From NCBI GenBank assembly GCA_025558095.1, contig JAIVFI010000036.1:186001-250000 (forward strand): a DNA stretch of 64,000 nt, written 5' to 3'. The position numbers and the translations under genes are program-made. The stretch's first letter is position 1, and every line of letters begins with the position of its first letter. Below the pieces are notes generated by a model. The model did not search any database and was not told the DNA's origin. It worked only from the letters and a program-made list of their open reading frames with translations. This document shows, one piece after another, positions 1 to 11,830 of the stretch. Source of the stretch: Hyaloraphidium curvatum SAG 235-1 (Eukaryota > Fungi > Monoblepharomycota).

Positions 1-557
1 TTTGTCGTTGTCCTTGAGCCTCTGGGCATTGATCTCCCTGAACTTGCCCTTCACAAGATTCTCCACAGTCTCCTTGGGCCATGAGAAAGTGTCCTTCTCC
101 CACATCTCCCTCCCATCTTCGCTGCCATAGTATACAAGTAGTTCCCTCAGGAAGGCAGCCCAGTTCCAGGACCCCTTCAGTGCCTCGATCTTGAGCTCTT
201 TGTAAAGTAGGTACAGCGCAGGATCCGCTGTTTTGATGCGCATGAGGAACTTGAGTGCCGACTCGTGGTCATGAACTGCAAGGGGGTACTGGCCAGTGAT
301 CGCATACAGACAGGCCAGTGGGTAGACTTGGGCAGATGAGTGACGGCACGAAGAGCCATGCATGTCACTTTGTCCCTGGTGCTTTCCCCGGCAAGGTACT
401 CCTCCTTCGGCATCTCCACAATGAACGGGTTCCCATATTGGCCCACTGCCTTGACCTTTGTGTTGTAGAGCTTGAGCTGGAGGTCAGGACTCATCCCAGG
501 CTGCTCCCTGATGTCACGGAGCCAGAGCCCATAAGCACCGTTCATCTTGGCCTCTCT
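1..557 (-). mobile_element. Non-LTR retrotransposon (LINE) fragment, region downstream of RT, degenerate
   Basis: Near-identical to 1255-1811; encodes the same post-RT peptide (LWLRDIREQPGMSPDLQLKLY...), with a frameshift. Confidence 0.85.
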
Positions 558-897
558 AGAAAAATCATTTACGCAACCGAAAAGTCCTGGGCGCGACCGG
601 CTACAGCCGTTTTGCTCCTGTGCGTGACCCGCTATTTCCCTTGCGCGACTTTTGCCTCATGGGCGTGACCGGTAAATTGAAAGTGATCATTGAGTCCCGC
701 CGCGCGCTTTTATCAGGGGCTGGGGAGCGTTTCCGATTATGTGGGGACGGTCACGGGCTATGGAGCCGGTCGCGCCCAGGAATACAGGGTCACGCCCAGG
801 AATGCCGGTCACGCCCATGAGCTACCGGTCACGCCCAAAATCCGAAAAAGACCGGTCACCCCCAGTAAATTAAGGGCGCGTAAATAGGGAATGCTAG
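556..897. mobile_element. Foldback/MITE-like element with internal GGTCACGCCC repeats
   Basis: Imperfect ends TAG..ATTTACGC (567-574) and GCGTAAAT..CTA (878-885). Perfect inverted pairs 585-602/764-781 (18 bp) and 656-672/805-821 (17 bp). CTAG on both sides. No LINE homology. Confidence 0.6.
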
Positions 898-2550
898 TGC
901 TTCCAATCTAGTCTGCAGCTTCTGGCACCGCTCCGCATTTGCTGAACAGTGAAACAGAAAGTGTTGCTCGTCTCCAATGTGCTCAGGGTCATGCTTGCAC
1001 GTTCTCTGCTGTACCTCAAGTCCTTGGTGCCTGCCTGTCTCCGCCTCCAGGTCGTGGGTAGAGCACAGCAACTTTTGGACATCCCTCCGGTGCTTCTCCA
1101 CCCGGATCAAGGATGGTCTGTTAGACCACTGGACTAAAGAGAAGGTACCACGTCTCTGGCCCAAGTGGTCTGACGTCTAAGAGCATGTCACCATAGGGAA
1201 CCAACATGGTCCGATGTGGCCAAAGGTCATGTCACACATCCTCCAAAAGTGCAGTTTGTCGTTGTCCTTGAGCCTCTGGGCATTGATCTCCCTGAACTTG
1301 CCCTTCACAAGATTCTCCACAGTCTCCTTGGGCCATGAGAAAGTGTCCTTCTCCCACATCTCCCTCCCATCTTCGCTGCCATAGTATACAAGTAGTTCCC
1401 TCAGGAAGGCAGCCCAGTTCCAGGACCCCTTCAGTGCCTCGATCTTGAGCTCTTTGTAAAGTAGGTACAGCGCAGGATCCGCTGTTTTGATGCGCATGAG
1501 GAACTTGAGTGCCGACTCGTGGTCATGAACTGCAAGGGGGTACTGGCCAGTGATCGCATACAGACAAGCCAGGGAGGTAGACTTGGGCAAATGAGTGACG
1601 GCACGAAGAGCCATGCATGTCACTTTGTCCCTGGTGCTTTCCCCGGCAAGGTACTCCTCCTTCGGCATCTCCAAAATGAACGGGTTCCCATATTGGCCCA
1701 CTGCCTTGACCTTTGTGTTGTAGAGCTTGAGCTGGAGGTCAGGACTCATCCCAGGCTGCTCCCTGATGTCACGGAGCCAGAGCCCATAAGCAGCGTTCAT
1801 CTTGGCCTCTCTGCCATGCACATGGTCCTTGCTCCGGCCGGTTGAGGTCAGCTGATACCCCAGAAGCTTGAAGCTGTCAACCCTCTTCAGCTCCTGGTCC
1901 GTAGCCTGTACATGACCTTTACACGGTGAGGTATCCTCCTGGCCATCCACTCTGTCTTGCTGACGTTGATCTCCAGCCCATTGGCACTGGCATATGCAGA
2001 CAAAAGATCCAGCTGCATCTTGGCATCCTTCCCCGTCTTCGAGATCAAAGTGGTGTCGTCTGCAAAGAACAGAGCCAGCAAGCTGACCATCCTCTCCTGA
2101 TCCTCTTCCTCCTCAGACACCATGCCCAGATCCATCCCTTTTGCACCATTGGCCTCCATGAAAGCAGTGATGTCGTTGATGAACAAGATGAACAGCGATG
2201 AGAGGGGGTCCCCCTGTGTCACTCCGTCCAGTTAGGAACTTGATGAAGTCCGACTTGGTGCAGTCCTCATCCCGGAGCCTTCCCCACACCCACCCAAACG
2301 CCATCTCGAACATATCAACAACAGCTTGCTTCAGCACAGTGGTCCGGTACTTGACGAACTGGAGCCTGATCCCATTCTCAGCCGCTGCCCTGCCGTTAGG
2401 AGCCTTCTTCAGGACCTTCTCGAGCTCCTTGAGGGTGATGGGGCACAGCAGGTTCCCAGGAGGCGTGATCGTGGCCTTGGGAAGCGGTGGGAACATGAGC
2501 CTGGGGTCTTCCTCGATCTTGGTCACGTACTTGGCGCTGGCTACCATCTC
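890..2550 (-). mobile_element. LINE 3' part: decayed reverse transcriptase plus C-terminal Cys/His knuckle
   Basis: RT motifs GVTQGDPLSSLFILFIND, LFFADD, GLEINVSKTE, VDSFKLLG. C-terminal CKHDPEHIGDEQHFLFHC. Frameshifts and an internal deletion of the early RT domains. Confidence 0.9.
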
Positions 2551-5500
2551 CATGTGGCAACATCTCCCTCCCCTCCTCTCCACCATAGTATAATACAAGT
2601 AGCTCCCTCAGGAAGGTGGCCCAGTTCCAGCACCCCTCCAGTGCCTCGATCTTGCGTTGAGCTCCTTGTAGAGCAGGTACAATGCAGGGTCAGCTGTTTT
2701 GATACGCATGAGGAACTTGAGAGGAGAGCCGACTCATGGTCATGAACTGCAAGAGGTGGTCTGCAAGAGGTGTTGAGGGTACTGGCCAGTGATCGCATAC
2801 AGACAAGCCAGGGAGGTAGACTTGGGCAAATGAGTGACGGCACGAAGAGCCATGCATGTCACTTTGTCCCTGGTGCTTTCCCCGGCAAGGTACTCCTCCT
2901 TCGGCATCTCCAAAATGAACGGGTTCCCATATTGGCCCACTGCCTTGACCTTTGTGTTGTAGAGCTTGAGCTGGAGGTCAGGACTCATCCCAGGCTGCTC
3001 CCTGATGTCACGGAGCCAGAGCCCATAAGCAGCGTTCATCTTGGCCTCTCTGCCATGCACATGGTCCTTGCTCCGGCCGGTTGAGGTCAGCTGATACCCC
3101 AGAAGCTTGAAGCTGTCAACCCTCTTCAGCTCCTGGTCCGTAGCCTGTACATGACCTTTACACGGTGAGGTATCCTCCTGGCCATCCACTCTGTCTTGCT
3201 GACGTTGATCTCCAGCCCATTGGCACTGGCATATGCAGACAAAAGATCCAGCTGCATCTTGGCATCCTTCCCCGTCTTCGAGATCAAAGTGGTGTCGTCT
3301 GCAAAGAACAGAGCCAGCAAGCTGACCATCCTCTCCTGATCCTCTTCCTCCTCAGACACCATGCCCAGATCCATCCCTTTTGCACCATTGGCCTCCATGA
3401 AAGCAGTGATGTCGTTGATGAACAAGATGAACAGCGATGAGAGGGGGTCCCCCTGTGTCACTCCGTCCAGTTAGGAACTTGATGAAGTCCGACTTGGTGC
3501 AGTCCTCATCCCGGAGCCTTCCCCACACCCACCCAAACGCCATCTCGAACATATCAACAACAGCTTGCTTCAGCACAGTGGTCCGGTACTTGACGAACTG
3601 GAGCCTGATCCCATTCTCAGCCGCTGCCCTGCCGTTAGGAGCCTTCTTCAGGACCTTCTCGAGCTCCTTGAGGGTGATGGGGCACAGCAGGTTCCCAGGA
3701 GGCGTGATCGTGGCCTTGGGAAGCGGTGGGAACATGAGCCTGGGGTCTTCCTCGATCTTGGTCACGTACTTGGCGCTGGCTACCATCTCCATGTGGCAAC
3801 ATCTCCCTCCCCTCCTCTCCACCATAGTATAATACAAGTAGCTCCCTCAGGAAGGTGGCCCAGTTCCAGCACCCCTCCAGTGCCTCGATCTTGCGTTGAG
3901 CTCCTTGTAGAGCAGGTACAATGCAGGGTCAGCTGTTTTGATACGCATGAGGAACTTGAGAGGAGAGCCGACTCATGGTCATGAACTGCAAGAGGTGGTC
4001 TGCAAGAGGTGTTGAGGGTACTGGCCAGTGATCGCATACAGACAAGCCAGGGAGGTAGACTTGGGCAAATGAGTGACGGCACGAAGAGCCATGCATGTCA
4101 CTTTGTCCCTGGTGCTTTCCCCGGCAAGGTACTCCTCCTTCGGCATCTCCAAAATGAACGGGTTCCCATATTGGCCCACTGCCTTGACCTTTGTGTTGTA
4201 GAGCTTGAGCTGGAGGTCAGGACTCATCCCAGGCTGCTCCCTGATGTCACGGAGCCAGAGCCCATAAGCAGCGTTCATCTTGGCCTCTCTGCCATGCACA
4301 TGGTCCTTGCTCCGGCCGGTTGAGGTCAGCTGATACCCCAGAAGCTTGAAGCTGTCAACCCTCTTCAGCTCCTGGTCCGTAGCCTGTACATGACCTTTAC
4401 ACGGTGAGGTATCCTCCTGGCCATCCACTCTGTCTTGCTGACGTTGATCTCCAGCCCATTGGCACTGGCATATGCAGACAAAAGATCCAGCTGCATCTTG
4501 GCATCCTTCCCCGTCTTCGAGATCAAAGTGGTGTCGTCTGCAAAGAACAGAGCCAGCAAGCTGACCATCCTCTCCTGATCCTCTTCCTCCTCAGACACCA
4601 TGCCCAGATCCATCCCTTTTGCACCATTGGCCTCCATGAAAGCAGTGATGTCGTTGATGAACAAGATGAACAGCGATGAGAGGGGGTCCCCCTGTGTCAC
4701 TCCGTCCAGTTAGGAACTTGATGAAGTCCGACTTGGTGCAGTCCTCATCCCGGAGCCTTCCCCACACCCACCCAAACGCCATCTCGAACATATCAACAAC
4801 AGCTTGCTTCAGCACAGTGGTCCGGTACTTGACGAACTGGAGCCTGATCCCATTCTCAGCCGCTGCCCTGCCGTTAGGAGCCTTCTTCAGGACCTTCTCG
4901 AGCTCCTTGAGGGTGATGGGGCACAGCAGGTTCCCAGGAGGCGTGATCGTGGCCTTGGGAAGCGGTGGGAACATGAGCCTGGGGTCTTCCTCGATCTTGG
5001 TCACGTACTTGGCGCTGGCTACCATCTCCATGTGGCAACATCTCCCTCCCCTCCTCTCCACCATAGTATAATACAAGTAGCTCCCTCAGGAAGGTGGCCC
5101 AGTTCCAGCACCCCTCCAGTGCCTCGATCTTGCGTTGAGCTCCTTGTAGAGCAGGTACAATGCAGGGTCAGCTGTTTTGATACGCATGAGGAACTTGAGA
5201 GGAGAGCCGACTCATGGTCATGAACTGCAAGAGGTGGTCTGCAAGAGGTGTTGAGGGTACTGGCCAGTGATCGCATACAGACAAGCCAGGGAGGTAGACT
5301 TGGGCAAATGAGTGACGGCACGAAGAGCCATGCATGTCACTTTGTCCCTGGTGCTTTCCCCGGCAAGGTACTCCTCCTTCGGCATCTCCAAAATGAACGG
5401 GTTCCCATATTGGCCCACTGCCTTGACCTTTGTGTTGTAGAGCTTGAGCTGGAGGTCAGGACTCATCCCAGGCTGCTCCCTGATGTCACGGAGCCAGAGC

Positions 5501-6470
5501 CCATAAGCAGCGTTCATCTTGGCCTCTCTGCCATGCACATGGTCCTTGCTCCGGCCGGTTGAGGTCAGCTGATACCCCAGAAGCTTGAAGCTGTCAACCC
5601 TCTTCAGCTCCTGGTCCGTAGCCTGTACATGACCTTTACACGGTGAGGTATCCTCCTGGCCATCCACTCTGTCTTGCTGACGTTGATCTCCAGCCCATTG
5701 GCACTGGCATATGCAGACAAAAGATCCAGCTGCATCTTGGCATCCTTCCCCGTCTTCGAGATCAAAGTGGTGTCGTCTGCAAAGAACAGAGCCAGCAAGC
5801 TGACCATCCTCTCCTGATCCTCTTCCTCCTCAGACACCATGCCCAGATCCATCCCTTTTGCACCATTGGCCTCCATGAAAGCAGTGATGTCGTTGATGAA
5901 CAAGATGAACAGCGATGAGAGGGGGTCCCCCTGTGTCACTCCGTCCAGTTAGGAACTTGATGAAGTCCGACTTGGTGCAGTCCTCATCCCGGAGCCTTCC
6001 CCACACCCACCCAAACGCCATCTCGAACATATCAACAGCTTGCTTCAGCACAGTGGTCCGGTACTTGACGAACTGGAGCCTGATCCCATTCTCAGCCGCT
6101 GCCCTGCCGTTAGGAGCCTTCTTCAGGACCTTATCGAGCTCCTTGAGGGTGATGGGGCACAGCAGGTTCCCAGGAGGCGTGATCGTGGCCTTGGGAAGCG
6201 GTGGGAACATGAGCCTGGGGTCCTCCTCGATCTTGGTCACGTACTTGGCGCTGGCTACCATCTCCATGTGGCAACATCTCCCTCCCCTCCTCTCCACCAT
6301 AGTATAATACAAGTAGCTCCCTCAGGAAGGTGGCCCAGTTCCAGCACCCCTCCAGTGCCTCGATCTTGCGTTGAGCTCCTTGTAGAGCAGGTACAATGCA
6401 GGGTCAGCTGTTTTGATACGCATGAGGAACTTGAGAGGAGAGCCGACTCATGGTCACAAACTGCAAGAGG
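1540..6470 (-). repeat. Tandem array of four ~1,239-bp LINE-derived units
   Basis: Identical ORFs recur at 1887, 3126, 4365 and 5604 (period 1,239). The 4th unit has a 3-bp deletion and a few SNPs. Confidence 0.95.
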
Positions 6471-6905
6471 GTACTGGCCAGTGATCATACAGACAAGCCC
6501 GGGAGGTAACGAGAAGGGCCATGCATGTCATGTTGTCCCTGGTTGTAGCTTTCCCTGGCAAGGTACTCCTCCTTCGGCATCTCAATAATGAATGGGTTTG
6601 CCACTGCCTTGACCGTGTTGTAGACCTTGAGCTGGAGGTCAGGACTCATCCCAGGCTGCTCCCTGATGTCGCGGAGCCAGAGCCCATAAGCAGCTGTAAT
6701 CCTGGCCTCCCTGCCATGCACATCGTCCTTGCTCCGACGAGTTGACATGAGCTGGTACCGGAGAAGCTTGAAGCTGTCGACCCTCTTCAGCTCCTGGCCC
6801 CTGTACAGGAGCTTCACACGGTGGGGTATCGTTCTGGCCGTCCACTCTGTTTTGCTGTTGACGTTGATCTTCAGCCCATTGGCACTGGCATATGCAGACA
6901 AAAGT
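6268..6905 (-). mobile_element. Older, more diverged copy of the same LINE
   Basis: LLSAYASANGLKINV..RVDSFKLL..LWLRDIREQPGMSPDLQ, with many substitutions and indels relative to 1355-2000. Confidence 0.85.
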
Positions 6906-7055
6906 CCAAGTGATAAAAGCCAAAGCATCTATGACACCGGTGACACAACCGACCGTTGATACAGCTGCAGTACCCCAGCAACCAACTTCAAATCACCTTG
7001 CTAGAGTGTTCCTAGTGTGTACGTGCAATGCAGCCCAACCACCACAACATGTGTA

Positions 7056-7667
7056 TCACATGGATGAAATTCGCAAGACCTCCTTTCGGACTGCACCAAG
7101 CAATGCCTCTGGTATTGCCGAGTCACCGCAGGTCTTGTCCAGGCACTGAAGGTCTGCACCAACCTGTTTTTCGCACTTCTTCCATCAAAGCTTGCCCTGC
7201 TTCTTGGTTCTCCAGCTCAAGGGCCGATATCTTCTCCAGTTGCTCTGTCTCTGAAAGAGCGAGGTCGGGCAAGTGGGAAACCAAGACTTCAACTTGAAGA
7301 GCCTGCTTGGCCAGGTCAGATGCCCACTCAGGTACGTGCTGGGCAACTAGTGCGAGTCAGAAACACCAGACACGCTGCGGTCGAGGGGCTTCACCTTCTC
7401 TCGCTAGAGTGACCTCGTGATCGGTCATTGCCGGGGTAACAGGGATATTTGGATCCACCTGGATTCGTCCAGCATCGCGCTGCAGAACACCAAGGCTCGA
7501 GATGCATATCTCTGCCAGCTTGCACGGATGTCAAGAGGTGGCGCGCTGTGTGCACGGGACCAAGGAAACACACCCTGTCAACGGCGATTTGGAGCTGTGT
7601 CAGACTGGCCAAATGGGCAGTGAGCGGAGGCTTCCGAAGGCAACGGCGGAGCGGCACACCGATCCAT
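7056..7667 (-). CDS. MED21: Mediator subunit 21 (Srb7), spliced
   Basis: Manual splicing gives MDR|LTQLQIAVD...ASDLAKQALQVEVLVSHLPDLALSETEQLEKISALELEN, matching the Med21 pattern. An upstream in-frame ATG at 7700 is possible. Confidence 0.8.
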
Positions 7668-8429
7668 CGTCCCCAGGCTTTCTTTGAGTTCGTCGCTCAT
7701 CAAGCTGCACTGCAACGTGATGAACGTTCGGCCGATATCGACATAGAGGCCTCGATTCTAGGTCCTGGAGACGGCGAAGTCAGCCTCAGGCTTCTGGAAC
7801 GTAACCACGAGCCGAATGGCCGCCATCAGCTCGGTTGGAACACATCAATCCCAGTTGACGGCTCAGGCCCCGGGTGAAGATGTTGCTCCCGAATCCGCCA
7901 GCCCGACGACGGTCTCCAGTCCGGGCGGCTCGGTGGAAGAGCTCCAGGGATGACGCGAAGAATCGCTTCCGCCAACCGCGTTGTCGTTCGTGCCTTTCCG
8001 CCCGAGCCCAACTCCGGCATCGCGCGGCCACGATCGATCTCCGGAACGCGGCGCTCCAGCAGCACGCGTCCCAGAAACCCACCGCTGCTATTCAGAACGT
8101 GCCAGCAGCCGGCATTGCTCTTCGTCTGCGTTTACGGCAGCCGCGGGGATCCTCGCCCGCGGTGCTATGATCACAGCGGTTGCACGGCCGGCACAGTCGC
8201 CGTCCGAAGCAGCGGGGCCCGCCAACCGGTCAGATCTTTTACTGGAACATCCTTGGCATCTCCAATGACGCGATTTGCGTCGTGTGGCCGCACAGGGTCT
8301 CCCCAACTCACATTTGTCTTTGAATGGTACACGCTTGTGCGAGGCTGATGGCGCGCGTCTGCGCGGCTCGTCAAAAGTTCCGACTCCCACTGAAGTCCCC
8401 CCCAACTTTTCCAACCTCGAACAGCAACG

Positions 8430-10552
8430 ATGGAGTCCGGGGCCGACTGCGGGCCGGTGAACCCGCTCCAGAACATGATGAAGCAGTTCAACGCCGACAA
8501 GAGCCACCAGCGGGTCCGTGATGGCCCCGCCGCCCGGTGTCTCCCCCCCGCTGATCTGCCTTATTCCGCGCCATCGGACGCTAACAGGACCAGTTTCGCC
8601 CGGAGTTCGAGCAAGCGGGACCGAGCACGGTGGGTTTTCGCCGTCGCCGCACACCACACGCTGTAGCTAAGGCGTTTCTCCGACTACAGCGTCCTGGCCG
8701 CCAGATGGGCATGCGTGACCAGCAGGTTGTGCCTTTGGCACTGCTCCTGCGGCCCAGCTAACGCCTACAACAGCTTGTCGACGAGTTCTTCAAGCAGGAA
8801 ATGGGTCCGCGGCCGGAAGCTTTCCAGTTCCGGGAGATGCGCGGCCAGCTGGACCACATGATGCCGCCGGACCTCCACGCGCGGCCTGGTGCGTTCGTTC
8901 GGGCTCAGATGCCGGGTGCCACCCTTACAGACTCGGTGCAGACGATTGGACGGCCGAGTTCCACCGCATGGAGCCCCAGGGACCGAGGATTTCGGAAGAT
9001 CCCGAAATGATCAGGGCGTTCGAGCAGGCCTTTGCGCAGCAACAGCAAGGTGCCTCCTTTGCTGTGCTCGCTCTGCTACAACTCTTATCTGTGTCCTTCC
9101 CGCGTTCGTCAGGCCCGTGGGAAGCCGAGTTTCTGCAGCAGCCCCAGGGGCATGGACCGGTTCCCGAGGACTTCCGCGAGTTTGAGCAGGTCTACGCCCA
9201 GCACGGCGGAAAGACCGACTTCGGCCACTTCAGCGAGCAGGATTGGGCGGCGCAGTTCCACGCGGCGGAGCAAGTCATTGACAAGGGCAAGGGGAAGGCC
9301 GTCGAGGCGCGCACGTGGGAGGAGGAGTTCGCCAACACCGAGGGACTGTCGGCAGACCAGGACTTTGTCGAGCGCTTCAACGAGGCGTGGAAGGCGAGCG
9401 CGGGGGAGTTGGATGATCTCTCGGGTGGCGCAACCTCGGGAACCAAGTCCTGGGAGGACGATTACGACGACTTCCTGCAGACTCCGGCCACCCAGGTCGA
9501 TCCCGACCCGTTCACGGCACCTTTGGAGCCCTACCACTTCGAGAAGGAGAACCCGTTCCTGAACCACGAGAATCCGCTGGAGGAGGGGCTCCGGCTGTGG
9601 AACGAGGGCGGCCAGCTCAGCGCTGCTGCGCTCTGCTTCGAAGCCGCCGTTCAGCGGGACGAACACAGCTCTCGGGGATGGATGTATCTCGGGCAAGTGC
9701 AGGCGGAGAACGAGAAGGAGGAGCCCGCGATCGCGGCCCTTCAGCGTGCCGTGAAGGAGGCCCCCGACAACCTCCCCGCTCTTATGGTAAGCCGACCTTT
9801 GCGCTCGCCGATGCGACCAGAGCGCTTATCTCGAACGCCCAGTCTCTCGCTGTGTCGTACACCAACGAGGGCAGGGATCTGCAGGCCTACAGCACCCTCT
9901 CGCGCTGGCTTTCTACCCGTTACCCCGAAGTGTTTGCCGAGAACCCGCTTCCACCCGCGCCTTCCCTCAGTCCTCAAGAGTTCCACTCCCGGGTGACGCA
10001 GCTCTTCCTGAACAGCGCCCGCCGCGGTTCCGAAGTCGATGCCGACGTTCAGGTCGGGCTCGGCGTCCTGTTCTACAACTCTGGGGACTTTGACAAGGCC
10101 GTGGACTGCTTCACCGCCGCTCTCTCTGCGCGGCCCGGGGACTACGTGCTCTGGAACCGCCTGGGAGCCACGCTCGCGAATTCGGGCCGGAGCGAGGAGG
10201 CGATCGATGCCTACTACAAAGCCCTCGAGATCAAACCGACGTTTGTCCGCGGTCGCTACAACCTCGGTGTGAGCTGCATCAACATCGGCGTCTACAAGGA
10301 AGCTGCCGAGCACCTGCTGGGCGCTTTGAGCCTGCACGTCGTCGGGGGCGGCAACGGCTCCGACGCCGGCCAGGCCAACGTTAGCCAGAACCTCTGGGAG
10401 ACTCTCAGGTAACGTTTGTTCGACGAGCTTGCCGTCAAGACACCTCACCATCCCATTCCAGACGCACCTTCATCCTCATGGAGCGCCGGGATCTGGCGGA
10501 CTTGGCGCACAGCGGGACGCCCCTGGATGCCTTCAAAGAGTTCATGGGGTAG
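8430..10552 (+). CDS. PEX5: Peroxisomal targeting signal 1 receptor
   Basis: N-terminal CGPVNPL; WxxxF/Y motifs (WEAEF, WAAQF, WEEEF, WEDDY); TPR region LWNRLGATLANSGRSEEAIDAY..RYNLGVSCINIG. Confidence 0.95.
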
Positions 10553-10634
10553 TGGGCATCGTTGTGTTTGGAGCATTAAAAAAGGAGTGATACAATTCGT
10601 TGACAAAGCAAAAGAAACGTAAATGTTGCCGGTG

Positions 10635-11583
10635 CTACGCGCGCCCGACGCTCAGAACGGCATCCGGCGGCGCAGGTATTATGCCCAAGACAGTGTGCGA
10701 GGCGACCTTGCCATCCACGTGCGACAATGCGTAGAGGCTGACGCCCTCGTAGACGGTGCGAGGTACCCCGTTGGGATTGAACCCGGCGATCAAGGAGGCG
10801 AATCGCGATGTCCCTTCAAGCCGCCACCGGACCAGCAGGTGAATCCGGTTGCGCTCTTCGTCCGTTGCTCCCGCCGCGTCCTCCGTTTCCGGGGCCCTTT
10901 GATCTCCCCGCTCCGTGTCCGCTAGTTCGCTCTCGCGGGCCTGGCGGAAGCTGATGACGTGGAACAGTGGGCTGTTTCGTTCGAGCCAATCAAAACGAGC
11001 TCCCGAGGTGGGAACTAATGGCACGCCCACCTTTCGAAGTAGGCCAGGACAAGACCGCGAAACAGGCTTGCAGCCATCAGGTACGATTGAATCCCCTTGA
11101 GGTGGAGCTTGCTGTAGCGTTCCTCCCGGAAACGGATATCGGGGCTGTAGATGGTCGTGTCGGTGAAACCAGTTTCCAGGAACGAATCCAGATCATCGCG
11201 CTTTGAGCGTAGAAGAGAAAATAAGCGCGCTGGACGTGCCGTGTCCGACAAGGAAGGCGCACCAAGATACGGATCGAGTCTCCTACGCCCAGCTCCCATT
11301 CCGACGGCCCTTTGATCTTTTCTGGCTTATCGGGACCCTTTTCCTCCCCCGCAGAAGCTCTCACTCCATGCGAATACTCGGTGCCCCGCGTTGAACGCGC
11401 CCGCGGAGCGACCGGAGCCAGAGTACGCGTGCTCGGGGACGGGGGGAGACGTTCCCGCGTGGGTGGCGGGCGGCGCACCGCAGAGCACGATGCCGCGCTA
11501 CGGACCGCCGGAAATGTTCGCATCCCAGCAGAGATGGCAGCAGGACGCGCTGCTAGGCGCAGGGGTGGGCATTTGGGGAGCAT
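10635..11583 (-). CDS. DUF2358/C6orf136-like protein with probable mitochondrial presequence
   Basis: IYSPDIRF..KGIQSY, VRWRLEG, YEGVSLY..GKVASH..IIPAPP; Arg/Ala-rich N-terminus. Start is approximate. Confidence 0.6.
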
Positions 11584-11669
11584 TTCGCATGGGGAGCGGC
11601 TGTGATGGCGCCCAGCGCCCGGACATCCGCCATCAACGCCTCCGTGAAGCTCTCGGACGAAAGGACAAG

Positions 11670-11830
11670 AGAAGGGCATAGGAGTCCGATTGGCACATGC
11701 GTCCACATTTATCCAGGCTGCGATCAGTACACCTGAAGGGTTTGGCGGGCGGGGAGGCGGGAAACGATCGGAGACGAGGCCTGGGGCAAAGGCGGAAGTC
11801 AGCAACACCTCCAGGGAACCGGAAAACGGC
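11670..11830. repeat. 161-bp direct repeat, copy 1 (duplicate of most of the SDH1 last intron, last exon and 3' UTR)
   Basis: Aligns without gaps to 13133-13293, with 6 mismatches. Confidence 0.95.

Noticed and set aside
749-863. Regularly spaced short repeats as a CRISPR array
   Set aside because: Repeats of ~10 bp with ~9-bp spacers, inverted copies, eukaryotic context and no cas genes
1177-6312. Active reverse transcriptase, retron or DGR-like system
   Set aside because: The RT is frameshifted, internally deleted and of LINE type; no template/variable repeat pair or accessory gene
8232-8252. U5 snRNA-like CTTTTAC loop
   Set aside because: The invariant GCCTTTTAC is not matched, and no convincing stem or Sm site is present
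9050-9112. Stop-free in-frame introns (PEX5, SDH1, HRD3, RPT5) as protein insertions or introner elements
   Set aside because: Ordinary GT-AG introns; lack of stops is expected at this GC content, and I saw no shared sequence between introns
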